Shown here: positions 61,284 through 64,000 of the stretch, piece by piece
Layout: each line of letters opens with the position of its first letter
How positions within the stretch are numbered: position 1 is the stretch's first letter
NCBI GenBank assembly: GCA_951406725.2
Contig: OX597829.1
Location: forward strand, 10,602,001-10,666,000
Origin: Octopus vulgaris
Lineage: Eukaryota
DNA length: 64,000 bases
Reading direction: 5' to 3'
The notes under the pieces: model-generated
What the model saw: only the letters and a program-made list of their open reading frames with translations
Databases searched by the model: none
What the model was told of the DNA's origin: nothing
Program-made: the position numbers and the translations under genes

Positions 61284-62436
61284 ATATATATATATATATA
61301 TATATATATTTTAAAGACATATTTTTTTAACTATATTAAAGTTGTACGTAGTTAGCTGATTGGGTATCTTCCGCATTAAAACAAATGAATGTCATCAACG
61401 GACAGCTTGTATTAGAAAAAAAAATTAGCAGACGCGATAGTGTGAACATATGCAAAATTTATAGCCTTGGGTCGTGACGAGTGAGACATGGAGACGAGTT
61501 GTCATAATCCTATATAACAATATTCCATATAACTTTTGTCTACACCTTGATTCTCGGAGACATACACACACTCAAAGATGGTTATGCCATGAGAAATGGG
61601 CAAAAACGGACGAATTTCTATCCCACCTGAATTAACGTTATGAATTTAGTGAATTGACTTCCAACATGAATGGGAAGTAGATCGCATTATCGAAACATTG
61701 ACCTTTTCATTTTCCTTTTATGCTATTTTCATCGATCACCAAATTATATTGGTGTTTGCTGTAACATTTCACTCGCTCATCACTATAGTTATAACAAGGA
61801 ATAATTGAAGGAGGATTTCGGATATTTCTCAGGTCGTCTATAACGAACGAAAAAGCCATTGACATATATAATTCAGGTGGTATGGAAATTCTTGCAATTT
61901 TAGCTATTATTCTTGGTATCAGCCATCTTTGCGTATTTGTGTGTCTCTCAAAAGCCAGCTGGACACACATGCATATGGAAACATTTCGGGCTTTAAAATA
62001 TTCATGCTTTTAATGATATTCTTTTGTAGATGGATGGTATACTCACTTGTAGAAATATATAAACGATAGAAATTATATTTAATGGTTTCTTCGCAGGGGA
62101 AAAGGTAACAAAACTATTGGAAGAGAGACACAGAGGAGGCAACTAAAATTCATAGGTTGTGACAATAGGAAGCAGAGCATCGTGATATCTTTTCCCATTC
62201 GCTAAAGATAAGAACCAAGTGGTGGTGTTAAACCGGGTGATGAATTTATTCCTCCCTTTTAAAAAAGTGAAGTCGCACAGAATTCGACATTTTGCTGATT
62301 TTACTCACTTAATTTCATTTCATACTTAACTCGTTTTACCTACGAAGCTTGTCCAATGTGTTGTGCAGAATGGATCAATCCAGAAACTACGTGATTATGA
62401 AGAAAACTTCAGCCAGAATGCAGCAGAGCGATCGTG

Positions 62437-62598
<162 letters not shown>

Positions 62599-63099
62599 AA
62601 CTCTCGCCAACAACTCTCCTTATCTCCCTTTCCTTAACATCATATCAGCTTTGGAGAAATTCTTGAGATTATCTCCCCTTCTCGTGTGGAGCTGATCTTA
62701 ATTGCCATTTGGTAATTATAGTACATCCGCTAGAGAGGTCGAAATTATTTTAATATATCAGTAATTTATATTGTATGGTATTTGATATACAGGTATTTCT
62801 CTATACATACATATACATATACATACACATACATGTATGTATGTATGTATGTATGTATGTATGTTTGTGTGTGTGAGTGTGTGTGTGTGTGTATGCCTAC
62901 ATATTCAATATTATCTGGGTAATGACCACATAACGTACATTTAAAAGCTCTTATACTATTATCGGCTACCATACGCTTTCACGTAGTAGGTATATTCCTT
63001 GAACTGTACGAACATGTAGAAGTCCGTTAGTGTATGGAATTTATATAAGCGCCATATAAAGTTACACACTCACATACACACACTAAAATACACACGCAC

Positions 63100-63300
63100 A
63101 TAGGGAAAGTTTACGAAAAAAAACAAAAGACGAAGACAGGTGGTGTACAAAACAAGCAGATGTATTAGTATAGCGCTCAGGAATAGAAAAAGTCTTTTAC
63201 GTTTCGAGCCTATGCTCTTCTACAGAAAGGTACACAGAAAAAAAGGAGAGAAACAAGGAGAGAGAAAAAATGTGTGTAGTGGCTAACAATCTATCATGGC
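63100..63300 (-). mobile_element. A6U-hammerhead repeat copy (HHR 63193-63230)
   Basis: CCUUU-CUGUAGA-A-GAGC-AUAG-GCUC-GAAAC-GUA-AAAGA. Confidence 0.72.
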
Positions 63301-63449
63301 GTCTAACTCGGACAAAATGGTCAGACGGAAGGAGGAAAGTAGCGGAGATAACAAGGTAAAGATAACCCCCAACACGAAAGAGCCCCCAACTCAAAGGTGC
63401 GTGTGTGTATAAGAGAGTATGTATGTGCATGTGAAAGAAGGCTGGTGGT

Positions 63450-64000
63450 CTGGACGTGTGTATGTATGTATGTGTAGGTGGGAAGATGTGGGGATGGGTG
63501 TGTGGGTGGTGTGTTGTGATGTGATGTGTAATGTTCTATGGTGTAGTGTGGTGAGTTGTGATGTGATGTGTAATGTTCTATGGTGTAGTGTGGTGTGGTG
63601 TGATGTTGTGGGGAGGTGGGGAGGTGGGAGAGGTGAGAGTGGGGAAAAGCACGGGTGGGGTGGGGTGTGTGGCTTGGGGTTGTGGGTAGGTAGAGGATGG
63701 AGGTAGAGGTCAGGTATGTAGGGGGTGGGAAGGATAGGGAAGGTGGAGTAGGAGCGGGTAGGTTTATGGGGGAGGGGAAGGTAGGTATGTGAGGTGAGAG
63801 AAGAGGAGAGAAGAGGAGACAAGAGAGAAGAGAGAAGAGAGAAAGAGAGGGTAAGAGAGAAGGAGAGGGTAAGAGAGAAAGAGAGGGTAAGAGAGAAGAG
63901 AGAAAGAGAGACTGAAAGAGTAGGAGAGAAGCGAGAAAGAGAATAAGAGGGAAGGAGGGGAGAGAAAGAGAGAAAGAGAGTAGGAGAGAAGAGAGAAAGA
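63450..64000. repeat. GT-rich then purine-rich (GA) low-complexity tract
   Basis: Directly visible; includes short tandem units such as gagagggtaagagagaa. Confidence 0.85.

Overview
AT-rich eukaryotic DNA full of microsatellites. The repeat spectrum looks cephalopod/Octopus-like (inference). I found no host protein-coding gene, rRNA, true tRNA or CRISPR. Nearly all ORF-track entries are microsatellite translations or antisense shadows of transposon ORFs. The window is a mosaic of mobile DNA: L1/Tx1-clade LINEs in (GATA)n or (AAT)n tracts, an R4/Dong-like REL LINE in (AAT)n, an RTE LINE, two Penelope-like elements (one probably Naiad-type), mariner/maT relics, a non-autonomous Helitron and SINEs. 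The main signal is non-coding: about 19 type-I hammerhead ribozyme (HHR) motifs, found by eye, in roughly 9 unrelated small repeat families, mostly in (TA)n tracts. They include a 364-nt tandemly repeated, highly base-paired retrozyme-like unit with a compensatory U3-A8 core, an A6U family, U4C families and two palindromes with back-to-back HHRs. Ribozyme activity and circular RNA production are inferred, not shown.
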